From: an uncultured Candidatus Saccharibacteria bacterium
GTDB lineage: Bacteria > Patescibacteriota > Dojkabacteria > GCA-002793355
Direction of reading: 5' to 3'
Length of the DNA: 59,127 bases
NCBI GenBank assembly: GCA_964525295.1
Contig: CAZGEO010000002.1
Span: forward strand, 324,551-383,677
A program made the translations under genes and the position numbers. Position 1 is the stretch's first letter; each line of letters opens with the position of its first letter. Positions 17,457 through 27,310 of the stretch are shown in pieces. Under the pieces are notes generated by a model, which was not told where the DNA came from, did no database searches, and saw only the letters and a list, made by a program, of their open reading frames with translations.

Positions 17457-18200
17457 TTATTCCAACCCATCCAACGTATTTTTAATCTTTTCTTTCAATT
17501 CGTTTTGAAATTCGCGACATTTATTCTGTAAATTTGTGCTCAACTCAACAGTTCGCAGGGAAGGCTTTTTTTTTTCAATTATTTTTATTGGAAGCCCTAA
17601 TGCAATATTGAACACTTCTGTGCGACGTAAATTTTGTTCAGGAACTTCGGCTTGAATCATCTTTGATAGTTTAGCCGGTATTAGTCCCGATAGAACATTG
17701 TATACGTTATCCAATGGATGCTTTAAAATTGGAATGAATTCTACCTCAATATCCTTTCGGTAAGTATTTTGGAAACCCAAATCTTCCGCAATTATTGTAT
17801 ACCTGTTTATTGATAAATGATTTGCTTCAGCTGCCTTAACGAGCAAATCTAGTGCAATATGCGCAGCCGTGCCAGCACCAATCTCGTCATCTAAGAAAAG
17901 AATATTTAACGATTTATCAACTTGATTCAGCGCGTTCGTAACATTCGTTAGTAGAGATTCATGATTAACGTCATATCCAATTTTTTCTGCACGAAATATT
18001 GGTAAATATAAGTATTTTGGCGTAGTAACTCTAAGATGTGATAAGGCAATATCATACAAATATGTTATTGAAATTCCAGAATTTGCAGCTCCGATCACTA
18101 AACTGAAGTTCAGACTATCACTCGCTGCTAGTCTTTTTAAGAGTGTTAAAAACATCTTCAATGATTTATTGGCTCTTTCGCTAGTTACATTTTTTTCCAT
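17457..18200 (-). CDS. Type I phosphoribosyltransferase-domain protein
   Basis: PRPP-binding loop ILFLDDEIGAGTAA. Start ATG 18200 follows TGCTAGAAT. Confidence 0.7.
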   Translation of the reverse strand: MEKNVTSERANKSLKMFLTLLKRLAASDSLNFSLVIGAANSGISITYLYDIALSHLRVTTPKYLYLPIFRAEKIGYDVNHESLLTNVTNALNQVDKSLNILFLDDEIGAGTAAHIALDLLVKAAEANHLSINRYTIIAEDLGFQNTYRKDIEVEFIPILKHPLDNVYNVLSGLIPAKLSKMIQAEVPEQNLRRTEVFNIALGLPIKIIEKKKPSLRTVELSTNLQNKCREFQNELKEKIKNTLDGLE

Positions 18201-18256
18201 AAAGTATTCTAGCAGTAATTTTACAACTGTTCTGAATTCTATGTTACCATCTCCTA

Positions 18257-18703
18257 ATGTACGAACTTGATAAAGACAAAGCATTCCTTGTGGCCGTTAA
18301 GGCAATAATTCAGAATTCGAAGAATGAAGTGTTACTATTAAAGGTCAACACAGAACTTCGTGACTCAAACAAATGGGATCTTCCCGGTAGTTTGATGGAA
18401 TTTGACGATAGTGTTGAAACTAGACTAAACAAAGAAGTGCTTGAAGAAACGGGGCTTACATTACAGAACTGGAGGTTGCTTGAGGTATCAGAGACTATAT
18501 TTGAAAGATTTACTTTCGGTGATGAAGTAAAAGATGTTAAAATCATTGTTATCGGCTTCACAACAAATGTTATGGAGGAGAATCTAAAGATTATATTGTC
18601 AGACGAACACGACAATTATAAATGGTTCAGTTGGGAATCATTGCGAGAAATTGAACTTTCTAAGCCAACCCGGGCAATTGTTGGTAAAAATTTGCACGCA
18701 TAG
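18257..18703 (+). CDS. Nudix hydrolase
   Basis: WDLPGS, Nudix box LNKEVLEETGL and LSDEHDNYKW. Confidence 0.88.
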   Translation: MYELDKDKAFLVAVKAIIQNSKNEVLLLKVNTELRDSNKWDLPGSLMEFDDSVETRLNKEVLEETGLTLQNWRLLEVSETIFERFTFGDEVKDVKIIVIGFTTNVMEENLKIILSDEHDNYKWFSWESLREIELSKPTRAIVGKNLHA

Positions 18704-18725
18704 TAAATAGGTATACAATTGCTAG

Positions 18726-19328
18726 ATGTCTGATTTAAGCAAAAAGTACGAACACATTAAGTTTTCTATGTTAACGAAAACAATCGAGCGGGCAGTGTTT
18801 GCTAGCGCAGATTTGGCTCGAAAAGAGAATGTGGCAGAGCATACGTTCATGATGTCACTAATTTTTTGGACACTTAAAGAAGATCTTCTTGAGGAATTTC
18901 CCACTCTAAACGTTAGTAAAGTGTATGACATGATCCAAATTCATGACTTAGCAGAAATAATTACCCAAGATATTTCAACCTGGACACATTTAGATAACAA
19001 CGCAGATAAAGATAAAAATGAAAAAATCGCAAATGAAGAAATTGCGAAAAACCTACCCGAAAAGAAGTCAACTGAATACAACAATTTGATTAAGGAACTG
19101 GAAAGCTTCGCTTCGCTTGAAGCTAAACTCGTTAAGGGTATCGATAGATTATCACCTGCGATTCAGAGAGTGGTAACAAAACAGGGTTGGGTAACTGAAT
19201 CTCATACAGAAGCAGATTTAGACAATATACAACTTCCACGCGTCAACTTTAGTAAAACTCTCTCGTCAATCTATTCGTTATTGAAAATCGAAGCAAAAGA
19301 GCTTGGAATTTTAAAAAATACGAACTAA
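18726..19328 (+). CDS. HD-domain hydrolase (YfbR/HDDC2-like 5'-deoxynucleotidase)
   Basis: ENVAEH, IHDLAE..TQD and LEAKLVKGIDRL motifs. Confidence 0.85.
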   Translation: MSDLSKKYEHIKFSMLTKTIERAVFASADLARKENVAEHTFMMSLIFWTLKEDLLEEFPTLNVSKVYDMIQIHDLAEIITQDISTWTHLDNNADKDKNEKIANEEIAKNLPEKKSTEYNNLIKELESFASLEAKLVKGIDRLSPAIQRVVTKQGWVTESHTEADLDNIQLPRVNFSKTLSSIYSLLKIEAKELGILKNTN

Positions 19329-19390
19329 CAAAAGAATTGAAATATAAAGAAATTACACATTCTGGGTTGGAATAGTATATAATTCGTATT

Positions 19391-19516
19391 ATGGGACAAA
19401 AACCAGAAACAGAAATCAAAACGGCTAAGAATGAAACTTACAACTATATTGTCTCACGTCAGAAAGCCTACGGAAATTCTCGTGTCGAAGGTATACCAGT
19501 TTCTAGAGGTTGCTAA
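19391..19516 (+). CDS. Possible 41-aa small protein (MGQKPETEIK...GIPVSRGC)
   Basis: ATG 19391 lies shortly after TATAAT in the leaderless arrangement; below the ORF track cutoff. Confidence 0.35.
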   Translation: MGQKPETEIKTAKNETYNYIVSRQKAYGNSRVEGIPVSRGC

Positions 19517-19973
19517 AATTATTAGCTATAATTTCAATTCCCTTGAACGTGTCTTCGTATTTCAACAATCCCTTCGCTTCTTCAACGCTACACCATTTAT
19601 ATTCCGTGTGTTCTTCAAGCAATTTTGGTTCAATTCCCGGCTTTAACTCGAACCCATACACATAAGTAGTCATGGTAAGTTGGTCTGTATTTAATGCTCG
19701 GTAATTTGTATTTTCTTTGTTTTTAATCGTTTCGGTAAATTGAAAAATATAGATTTTTTCGTCAACTTTTAAGATACTTTCTCTATCAATATCTGCCTCT
19801 TCTTTGATTTCGCGATAACAGGTTTCTAATACACTTTGATCCGATTCTTCCATCCCACCTGAAATTGAAAGCCAAAACCCACCCTTTTCGGGAATTCGTT
19901 TGAACAATAGAATTTCAAGAGCGGATTCTTTTCGCCTATAAAGAATCGCTAAAATTTGTATTGGGAGACGCAT
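19503..19973 (-). CDS. Nudix hydrolase (NudB-like)
   Basis: LLFKR....GFW..ISGG.E, CYREIKEE and EHTEYKW; TGCTATACT upstream of the start. Confidence 0.88.
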   Translation of the reverse strand: MRLPIQILAILYRRKESALEILLFKRIPEKGGFWLSISGGMEESDQSVLETCYREIKEEADIDRESILKVDEKIYIFQFTETIKNKENTNYRALNTDQLTMTTYVYGFELKPGIEPKLLEEHTEYKWCSVEEAKGLLKYEDTFKGIEIIANNFSNL

Positions 19974-20029
19974 TGGTGAGTATAGCAGGAATATGTTCCA
20001 TATGACATCTAAAAGTACTATACTGTGGC

Positions 20030-20563
20030 ATGAAAAAAACTAATCTTAAGAAGATTCGAATTACCATACTAGGCGCAGGCAGTTCACTTCTATTTTTGTT
20101 TTGTAATGGATTATTATTTGTATTCACTCCCAATTTGTGGAAAATTTTAATCTATGTGATATTACTACTTTCGATTATTAATATTCCACTAGTACTATTG
20201 TCTTTGAGAGAAATCCAATTTATTCAAATGAGCAAATTTAAAAGTATTGCTGCAGTTCTATCTATGCTGCTGATATCATTTGTTCATGCAATATTTTCAT
20301 TTCAAGCAATTACCACAGGCGTAAAGAGTTACACAGGCACATGCGATGTCCGAGTTGCTAGAGTATCATATTATAATAGAATCATTACTGCAGATGGGCA
20401 GCATTACGATACAAAAAATTTAGGTCTGATTAATACTTTAAAAGAATTAAAAAGTTCTAATGAGGGGAATCTCCCGTTTACCTACCAATGTACTAAACCT
20501 GTTACTGTTACCTATTTAACGGGCTTCAATTATATAGTTTCTATACAAATTCAGAATAAGTAA
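20030..20563 (+). CDS. Membrane protein, function unknown
   Basis: Three N-terminal TM segments and a small soluble C-terminal domain with a Cys pair. Confidence 0.7.
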   Translation: MKKTNLKKIRITILGAGSSLLFLFCNGLLFVFTPNLWKILIYVILLLSIINIPLVLLSLREIQFIQMSKFKSIAAVLSMLLISFVHAIFSFQAITTGVKSYTGTCDVRVARVSYYNRIITADGQHYDTKNLGLINTLKELKSSNEGNLPFTYQCTKPVTVTYLTGFNYIVSIQIQNK

Positions 20564-20603
20564 TTCGGGTATTATTTTCGTTCAAATGGTGATTTGTAGT
20601 GTT

Positions 20604-21593
20604 TTACTGTAAAACAAGAAGAACCAATAATAGCGTTGTAATCACAAACGATGCAGCCATTCCAACCATGAACATGGTTTTGAACGATTTTGTTGAGAAA
20701 ACCTTAACTTTATCAAAATCAACGGCGTTTGCTGCTGCAACCATTTCGGCTTCGCTCTTAATTTTACTAGAATGGCCTGGGCTGTCAGATAAAAAGTGTT
20801 GAGCATAAGGGAAGCACACAACTTGTGATGGCTTTTCGGCAAATAGACCAGGGAACCAACTGTTTTGATCGAAATGAACATCTTTTAATGGAATTGTTAG
20901 TGCCTTTTCAACTTCGCAGGGGTCAAATTTTAAGGCAAATATATCCTCTTGTGTGCCATCCAGTAAACTCCCGTACCCAATCGAGAGATTTCCCTCTAGC
21001 CATAAGCGTTGGTCAAGATTTCTCATCTTACCGACCTCGACATTAAAGTCGAATACTAATGAACGAGATGCGTCATCGCGGGGGACATCAACAAAAACTC
21101 TTCCTCGATGGTCTATGGTGTGAACTGCTTTTGAACTGTTTGGTGCTCTTAAACCGTACTTCTTGTCGTGGCTGATTGTATTAGAATCGTAGTCAACAAT
21201 AATCCAACTGAGAAGTCCCGTACTTTCATCTTCGGCAATCAGGTAAAACTCGACGCGCATTCCCCAGAAGGCGCTTGTGTGCGCGCGAACGCAACCAAAT
21301 ATACAGTAGTATTTGGGTTCATCTGTATCAAAAATTCTTGTTTTGATCAGCTTAAATCCTTTTGGTAAAAGTCTGTTTGCCTGTTCAAGATCAGTAATTT
21401 CGTAACATAGAAAGACGCTGTAGGGCTCAACAACAAAGCCCATAAAAGGGGTTTGTTTCGCAGAGTTGGCGATCAATTTATTTTGTATTGCGGTTGGAAG
21501 TAAACTATTGAACTGCTGAATAAAGTGCAGTGAACCAACATCGATTGGGTTAATTAGTCTTTCAATTCCTTTTGTAAATTTTGGATTGCTCAT
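20604..21593 (-). CDS. Conserved-looking hypothetical protein with C-terminal TM anchor
   Basis: 329-aa ORF rich in aromatics; C-terminal hydrophobic helix. Confidence 0.75.
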   Translation of the reverse strand: MSNPKFTKGIERLINPIDVGSLHFIQQFNSLLPTAIQNKLIANSAKQTPFMGFVVEPYSVFLCYEITDLEQANRLLPKGFKLIKTRIFDTDEPKYYCIFGCVRAHTSAFWGMRVEFYLIAEDESTGLLSWIIVDYDSNTISHDKKYGLRAPNSSKAVHTIDHRGRVFVDVPRDDASRSLVFDFNVEVGKMRNLDQRLWLEGNLSIGYGSLLDGTQEDIFALKFDPCEVEKALTIPLKDVHFDQNSWFPGLFAEKPSQVVCFPYAQHFLSDSPGHSSKIKSEAEMVAAANAVDFDKVKVFSTKSFKTMFMVGMAASFVITTLLLVLLVLQ

Positions 21594-21684
21594 GAGTAAA
21601 TATTTCAGATGATAATCACTATAACAAATCAGCTAGCTGTTGTCATGAGTTTCTTTTTATCTCTCATGTAGGTATACTTATTTT

Positions 21685-21867
21685 ATGGCAAACAAGAATA
21701 ACAACTATTATTATCTTGATATTAAGTTGACCGATTTGAAAATCGTTTCCCTCGGAATTACTGAAACAGCAACGCTTAGTGGCGATACTGAGAAACCAGA
21801 AATTCATCGATTGTTTTTAACCAAAGGGCAGTATAATAAACTTAAGGCAAAGCTTGAAACCAAGTAA
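21685..21867 (+). CDS. Small hypothetical protein (60 aa)
   Basis: TATACT just upstream; 3 nt from the next gene, ending HRLFLTKGQYNKL. Confidence 0.65.
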   Translation: MANKNNNYYYLDIKLTDLKIVSLGITETATLSGDTEKPEIHRLFLTKGQYNKLKAKLETK

Positions 21868-21870
21868 AAA

Positions 21871-22230
21871 ATGAAGAATAACAGTCGCTTATTTGCAATG
21901 CAGTTTGCAGAGCTTTATCCTTTATACTGCAATAAAGTTACACGGAAAGGCCGTACAGTAGAAGAGCTAGATGCAGTTATAACGTGGCTGACAGGTTACA
22001 CTAAGCAGAACCTTCAAGAACAGATAGAGACGAAAGTTGATCTCACGACATTCTTTGCGAAGGCTCCTGTTATGAACCCTTTGGCAGCTCAAATTACCGG
22101 CGTTATTTGTGGTATTCGTGTAGAAGAAATCGAAGACAAGCTAATGCAGAAAATTAGGTGGCTCGACAAGCTGGTTGATGAATTAGCCAAAGGAAGGGCG
22201 CTTGAGAAGATATTGCGCGGAAGTAAATAA
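21871..22230 (+). CDS. DUF2200-family protein
   Basis: FA.LYPLY..KV.RKGRT..ELD.VI.WLTGY, ITGVICG.RVE and LDKLVDELAKGR. Confidence 0.88.
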   Translation: MKNNSRLFAMQFAELYPLYCNKVTRKGRTVEELDAVITWLTGYTKQNLQEQIETKVDLTTFFAKAPVMNPLAAQITGVICGIRVEEIEDKLMQKIRWLDKLVDELAKGRALEKILRGSK

Positions 22231-22379
22231 CAACGTATGAGGAATTGAAAAATTCGACCTTAGATATTTCCGAGATGACGAAATCGTTGATCAATTACAC
22301 CGACTGGTCAGAGCAGTTGTAGTTAGAGATGTTGCCTATCCCTCTTAACAATTATCTTTCCGGTGCTACAATAGACTTT

Positions 22380-23306
22380 ATGCCAGCAGTAATTTCGGTC
22401 TCGCACCTAACAAAAACATTCAGCAATACTGAAGCCTTAACCGATGTAAGTTTTGATGTTCAAGAAGGTTCAATATTTGGTTATCTGGGCCCGAATGGTT
22501 CAGGTAAAACAACAACCGTTCGTTTACTAAATGGTTTATTAAACGCTGATTCGGGTTCAATATCAATTTTTGGCGAACAAATGAATTCTCAAAATGACAC
22601 GTTACGAAAGAATGTGGGCGTTCAAACAGACACAAATCTCTATGAAAGATTGACTGCTTATGAGAATCTCTACTTGTGGGGTGAATTATTTGAAATGTCG
22701 CATCCTACAATTGAAAAACAAATTCAGGAGCTTCTAGTCTCATTCAATTTACATGAACGTAAGAATGATAAGGTCGCAACATTCAGTAAAGGAATGAAGC
22801 AAAAACTTTCAATTGCTCGAGCATTAATTCATTCTCCAAAACTTCTCTTTCTTGATGAACCGACAGCTGGTTTAGACCCAGAATCAGCGAGCGAGTTATT
22901 AACTCTACTACATGATTACGTAAAGAATTATGGTGCAACCGTGTTTCTTTGCTCACACAGGCTTGAAGAAGTTGAAAAATTGTGTGATTCAATCGGAATT
23001 ATTCATTATGGCAAATTGCTTACAAGTGGCAGTATAGATGCGTTAATTAATAAAACATGGCCAGAACAACAATACGACTTAAAGATTGGGTCCACGGTGC
23101 CCGCAAAACTTGCCAAGCGATTTGATTCACTTATCAAAAACTCAGACAGTCAATTAATCGGCAGAATAACACTCTCAGCAAAAGAGAATATCTCAGAAAT
23201 CATTCGAGACATAGTAATCTCAGATTGTTCCCTATATGAAGTAAAAGAAGTGAAACATTCACTACTAGATCTATACTTTAAGGTAATTAATACTGAACAT
23301 GTTTAA
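22380..23306 (+). CDS. ABC transporter ATP-binding subunit (ABC-2 exporter)
   Basis: GPNGSGKTT, FSKGMKQK, LFLDEPTAGLD and CSH motifs. Confidence 0.93.
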   Translation: MPAVISVSHLTKTFSNTEALTDVSFDVQEGSIFGYLGPNGSGKTTTVRLLNGLLNADSGSISIFGEQMNSQNDTLRKNVGVQTDTNLYERLTAYENLYLWGELFEMSHPTIEKQIQELLVSFNLHERKNDKVATFSKGMKQKLSIARALIHSPKLLFLDEPTAGLDPESASELLTLLHDYVKNYGATVFLCSHRLEEVEKLCDSIGIIHYGKLLTSGSIDALINKTWPEQQYDLKIGSTVPAKLAKRFDSLIKNSDSQLIGRITLSAKENISEIIRDIVISDCSLYEVKEVKHSLLDLYFKVINTEHV

Positions 23307-24120
23307 GTTCTCAATGATTAAAGCTCTTGTCTTGAAAGACTGGAAAGAGTTTTTTCGCTACAAAAATAGTCTTCTGCCTATGCTTATTGTGCCACTTCTT
23401 TTTTGTGTTGTATTGCCGTTGGGCCTAGGGATTGCGTTCAAAACTTTACCTGAAAAAGAATTACTCGCCGATGCTGATACGGTAGCGATGGTTAATGTGT
23501 TTATTCAAAAGGCGACAATTCCAAAAGGTTTATCGTTAGGCGAAACGTTTGCTTATGTTATGACGGTATATTCCTTTATGCCGATGTTTTTTATTGTTCC
23601 CATTATGTTTTCTTCAATAACAAGCGCTTATAGCATTGTTGGTGAAAAAGAAGCCAAAACGATTGAAGGGTTGTTGTACACACCAGTTTCAAATAAAGAA
23701 TTACTTACTTCAAAAATACTTTCTTCGTTTATTCCTTCTATGGCAATCACCTTTATTAGTTTTCTTATATATTCACTTATAATTAATTCACTATTTTGGT
23801 CAGCAACTAATGCGCTAATATTTCCTAACATTACATGGATAATTGGCGTTTTGCTCTTCTCACCGGTTATTAGTTTCGCTTCAATCTGCTTAATGGTTTT
23901 GACATCTGCAAAAGCTAAGAGCGCAATAGAAGCGCAACAAAATTCAGGCTTTTTGGTTTTGCCAATAATTCTTTTGTTTATCTCACAACTTTCTGGAGTT
24001 GCCTATTTATCACCAACATTATTATTAGTGTTAACGTTTATTGTTGGTATTATTGACTATTTTTTGATAAAGATTGTGGCCAAAAAATTATCACGTGAAG
24101 AAATTGCAGTTGCAGTCTGA
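23299..24120 (+). CDS. ABC-2 type permease
   Basis: Six TM segments and SIVGEKEAKTIEGLLYTP. Confidence 0.9.
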   Translation: MFKFSMIKALVLKDWKEFFRYKNSLLPMLIVPLLFCVVLPLGLGIAFKTLPEKELLADADTVAMVNVFIQKATIPKGLSLGETFAYVMTVYSFMPMFFIVPIMFSSITSAYSIVGEKEAKTIEGLLYTPVSNKELLTSKILSSFIPSMAITFISFLIYSLIINSLFWSATNALIFPNITWIIGVLLFSPVISFASICLMVLTSAKAKSAIEAQQNSGFLVLPIILLFISQLSGVAYLSPTLLLVLTFIVGIIDYFLIKIVAKKLSREEIAVAV

Positions 24121-24126
24121 GTATTT

Positions 24127-24155
24127 TTGACGACTTGCAAATACAAGAGTATAGT
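24127..24155 (+). promoter_or_regulatory. Sigma70 promoter of the PAS-kinase operon
   Basis: TTGACG 24127-24132, 17 nt, TATAGT 24150-24155; implies a ~90-nt 5' UTR. Confidence 0.7.
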
Positions 24156-24253
24156 AAAGTATACAAAGCCCCGAAATACTCAATTCTACATACCAGAGTC
24201 GCCCGATAAATGGGGCTTTATCTCGGCTGTATGTAACTTAACTGCAAACTGAG

Positions 24254-26524
24254 ATGTCTTCACCCCATGGCAATAATTCCTTGAATGTCTTAATTTTAGA
24301 AGCGTTGTTTGATCACGAAAGTGACGCCATCGTTGTTTTCAATGAAAAAGGTGACGTAGTATTTCATAATAAAGCTGTCACACAAATTCCCGAATTACAC
24401 AGCCTAGTTTCTAATGACTCAAAATATGAAACGATAATTGCATGCGTAGAAAGCAAAGCGATCGATGCAGATAGACCAGCACTGATAGAAGCGTTCGGAA
24501 AAATTCCTGCGAAAAAGAAAATTGATATCGAAGTTAGATGTCACGGAGACCTCGCCTATGAACTACATTCATTACCAATTGAACAAGGTAAAAAATTCCT
24601 CGGAGTTATTTGGAGATTGGCTGATATCACTCAAGTTAAAGTATCACGAGCAGAATTAGAACAACAAGAGAAGAAGTACAGTCAATTATTTACTAATATG
24701 ATCAATGCCTTTGCATTGCATAAAGTAATAACTGACAAAACAGGCAAGCCTATTGATTACGAATACATTGAAGTTAATGAGGTATTTACACGCATGTTAC
24801 AAATGCCATCAGAACAGATTATTGGCAAGAAAGTTACTGAATTAATTCCAGGAATTGAAAAAGATTCAACTGATTGGATTGGAGTTTTTGGTGAGGTTGG
24901 TATGACAGGCAAAAGCTTGCAACTTGAAAACTACTCAGAAGCGCTAAAGCGTTGGTTCAATATTACTTGTTATTCACCACGAAAAGGTTATTTTGCAACT
25001 ATATTTGAAGACATTACGAAACGTAAAGAAGGCGAGTTCGCATTGGCTGAAAGCGAACGTAAATCTCGCGCAATATTCGACCAATCATTTCAATTCATGG
25101 GATTACTTTCACTTGACGGAAAACTTTTAGAAGTCAACGATACCGCTATGGCGTTTATTGGTAAAAAACGTGAAGAAGTCATTGGTAAGTACTTTTGGGA
25201 TACTCCCTGGTGGAATTTTTCTCAAGAAGTCATGGATTCATTAAAGAAGTCGATACAGGCTGCTGCAAAAGGATTATTTGTTCGCTACGAAACGTTTCAC
25301 AAAGGTGTCGATGATGAAATCCATACAATTGACTACACACTAAAGGCAGTTCGCGATAATCGTGGTGCAATTACCTACTTGATTGCCGAAGGTCGCGATA
25401 TTACTGAACGTAAAGAGATGGAAGAGCATATTAATGAGCTCAAAAATCGTAGCGAAGCAATTCTGAACTCGATAGGTGACGCGGTATTTGCAATTTCAAC
25501 AACAGGTGAAATTGTTACCTTTAACAATGCTGCTGCTGAAATCTCTGGTATTTTGAAAACTGATGCACTAGGTAAAAATTTCAGAAGTGTTGTGAATTTC
25601 ATTAGTGAAAAGACTGGTGAAAAATCGAGCGATTTTATTACAGAAGCAATTGAACAAAAGAAGGTAATTATTGCATTGAATAAGTTAGCAATAGTGAGTA
25701 AAGAGAATAAAATTATCCCAGTTAATCCAACCGCATCACCAGTCATTAATAATGAAGGTAAAACAATTGGTTGTGTTGTTATCTTTAGAGATGTAACCGA
25801 AGAACGTAGTATTGATAAAGCAAAATCGGAATTTGTCATGATAGCCTCACACCAACTACGCACACCATTAACAGTTATGAAATGGAGCCTAGAATCTTTA
25901 TTTGCAACTGATTTGTCTCCACTTACAAAAACTCAAAAAGATAGGCTAAATGAAAGTTATCTTGCGACCAACAGAATGTCTGACCTAGTTGATTCGCTAC
26001 TCAATGCATCACGTCTTGATATTGATACAATCGATATTCAGCCTGAGCGAGTGCAATTGCAGTCATTTATGAATTCATTAATTACCGAACATTTACAGGT
26101 AATCTCACAGAAAGGGTTAACCTTGACACAAAATTATGATCCAACAATTAAATCTCTATTTGTCGATAAAAAGCTCTTTGGCATTGTGATTGGGAATCTT
26201 CTCTCGAATGCAATTAAATATAGCAAACTTAGTGGCAAGATCTTCCTTTCGTTTAAGAAGCAAGCAGGTAAGGTCGTATTTAAGATTTCAGACACAGGAA
26301 TCGGAATACCTAAAGAACAACAGCATAAAGTATTTGAAAAAATGTTTAGAGCTGATAACGCAATAAATCTAGATCCGAGCGGTTCAGGATTAGGTTTATA
26401 TATAGCGAAATCGATTATTACAAAAGGTGGCGGAGATATTTGGTTTGAATCATCAGAAAACGGTACAACTTTTTATATTTCATTACCCGAAAGTGGTATG
26501 AAAACTAGTTCACGTAATAAATAA
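24254..26524 (+). CDS. Cytoplasmic multi-PAS sensor histidine kinase
   Basis: Several PAS/PAC repeats, H-box ASHQLRTPL, N-box NLLSNAIKYS, and G-boxes DTGIGI and GSGLGL; no TM segments. Confidence 0.93.
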   Translation: MSSPHGNNSLNVLILEALFDHESDAIVVFNEKGDVVFHNKAVTQIPELHSLVSNDSKYETIIACVESKAIDADRPALIEAFGKIPAKKKIDIEVRCHGDLAYELHSLPIEQGKKFLGVIWRLADITQVKVSRAELEQQEKKYSQLFTNMINAFALHKVITDKTGKPIDYEYIEVNEVFTRMLQMPSEQIIGKKVTELIPGIEKDSTDWIGVFGEVGMTGKSLQLENYSEALKRWFNITCYSPRKGYFATIFEDITKRKEGEFALAESERKSRAIFDQSFQFMGLLSLDGKLLEVNDTAMAFIGKKREEVIGKYFWDTPWWNFSQEVMDSLKKSIQAAAKGLFVRYETFHKGVDDEIHTIDYTLKAVRDNRGAITYLIAEGRDITERKEMEEHINELKNRSEAILNSIGDAVFAISTTGEIVTFNNAAAEISGILKTDALGKNFRSVVNFISEKTGEKSSDFITEAIEQKKVIIALNKLAIVSKENKIIPVNPTASPVINNEGKTIGCVVIFRDVTEERSIDKAKSEFVMIASHQLRTPLTVMKWSLESLFATDLSPLTKTQKDRLNESYLATNRMSDLVDSLLNASRLDIDTIDIQPERVQLQSFMNSLITEHLQVISQKGLTLTQNYDPTIKSLFVDKKLFGIVIGNLLSNAIKYSKLSGKIFLSFKKQAGKVVFKISDTGIGIPKEQQHKVFEKMFRADNAINLDPSGSGLGLYIAKSIITKGGGDIWFESSENGTTFYISLPESGMKTSSRNK

Positions 26525-26539
26525 TTTTATTGAGTAACT

Positions 26540-26917
26540 ATGAATAAAATCTTACTGGTAGAAGATGATTTGGCCATACTCGGAATTCTTAAAAATGTTC
26601 TTGCAGATGCTGGTTTTAATGTCATTACAGCCGTTGATGGTCAGCTTGGCCTAGACTCTGCTTTAAAACAAAAACCTGACCTAATACTACTAGATATTTT
26701 GATGCCAGTAATGGATGGCATGACCATGCTCGAAAAGTTAAGAAAAGATGAATGGGGCAGTACAGTAAAAGTAATGATTTTAACAAACTTAACTGATGTT
26801 CAGAAAATGTCAGATTCACTAAAATTGAATGTATCAGGCTATCTAGTTAAATCGAACTCAGACCTGAATGAGATAGTAACATCGGTGAAAAAAGTTTTAA
26901 ATATTGAAAAAAAGTAA
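26540..26917 (+). CDS. Single-domain response regulator
   Basis: ILLVEDD, LILLDILMPVMDG, ILTN and LVK motifs. Confidence 0.93.
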   Translation: MNKILLVEDDLAILGILKNVLADAGFNVITAVDGQLGLDSALKQKPDLILLDILMPVMDGMTMLEKLRKDEWGSTVKVMILTNLTDVQKMSDSLKLNVSGYLVKSNSDLNEIVTSVKKVLNIEKK

Positions 26918-26956
26918 GTGCTGGTAATTAGAAGTTAAGTAACGTATACTGAAATA

Positions 26957-27307
26957 ATGAAAGACTTCTCAAGAAATAGCGATCGCAAAATGTATGATGC
27001 CGTTTGTGATGACTGTGGTAAAGCCTGCAAAGTACCATTTTTACCTAGTGGCGAAAAACCAATATATTGTAGTGAATGTTTTAGTAAACATGGTGGGGGA
27101 GAATCAGATCGATTTTCAGGCTCGCGCCGTGATGGTCAACGCTTTGATAGACCTTCACGTGATTATTCAAATCCGTCAACACCTGATAATTCCACATTGC
27201 TTAAAGAACTTTTTGGATCTTTAGACAAAAAACTTGATCAGGTTATTAAACTACTAACGATCATTTCTGAAAAGAAAACACATAGAATCAAGAAAGACGA
27301 AGAGTAA
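26957..27307 (+). CDS. CxxC-x17-CxxC domain protein
   Basis: MYDAVCDDCGK.CKVPF.P...KPIYCSECF. Confidence 0.88.
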   Translation: MKDFSRNSDRKMYDAVCDDCGKACKVPFLPSGEKPIYCSECFSKHGGGESDRFSGSRRDGQRFDRPSRDYSNPSTPDNSTLLKELFGSLDKKLDQVIKLLTIISEKKTHRIKKDEE

Positions 27308-27310
27308 TTT

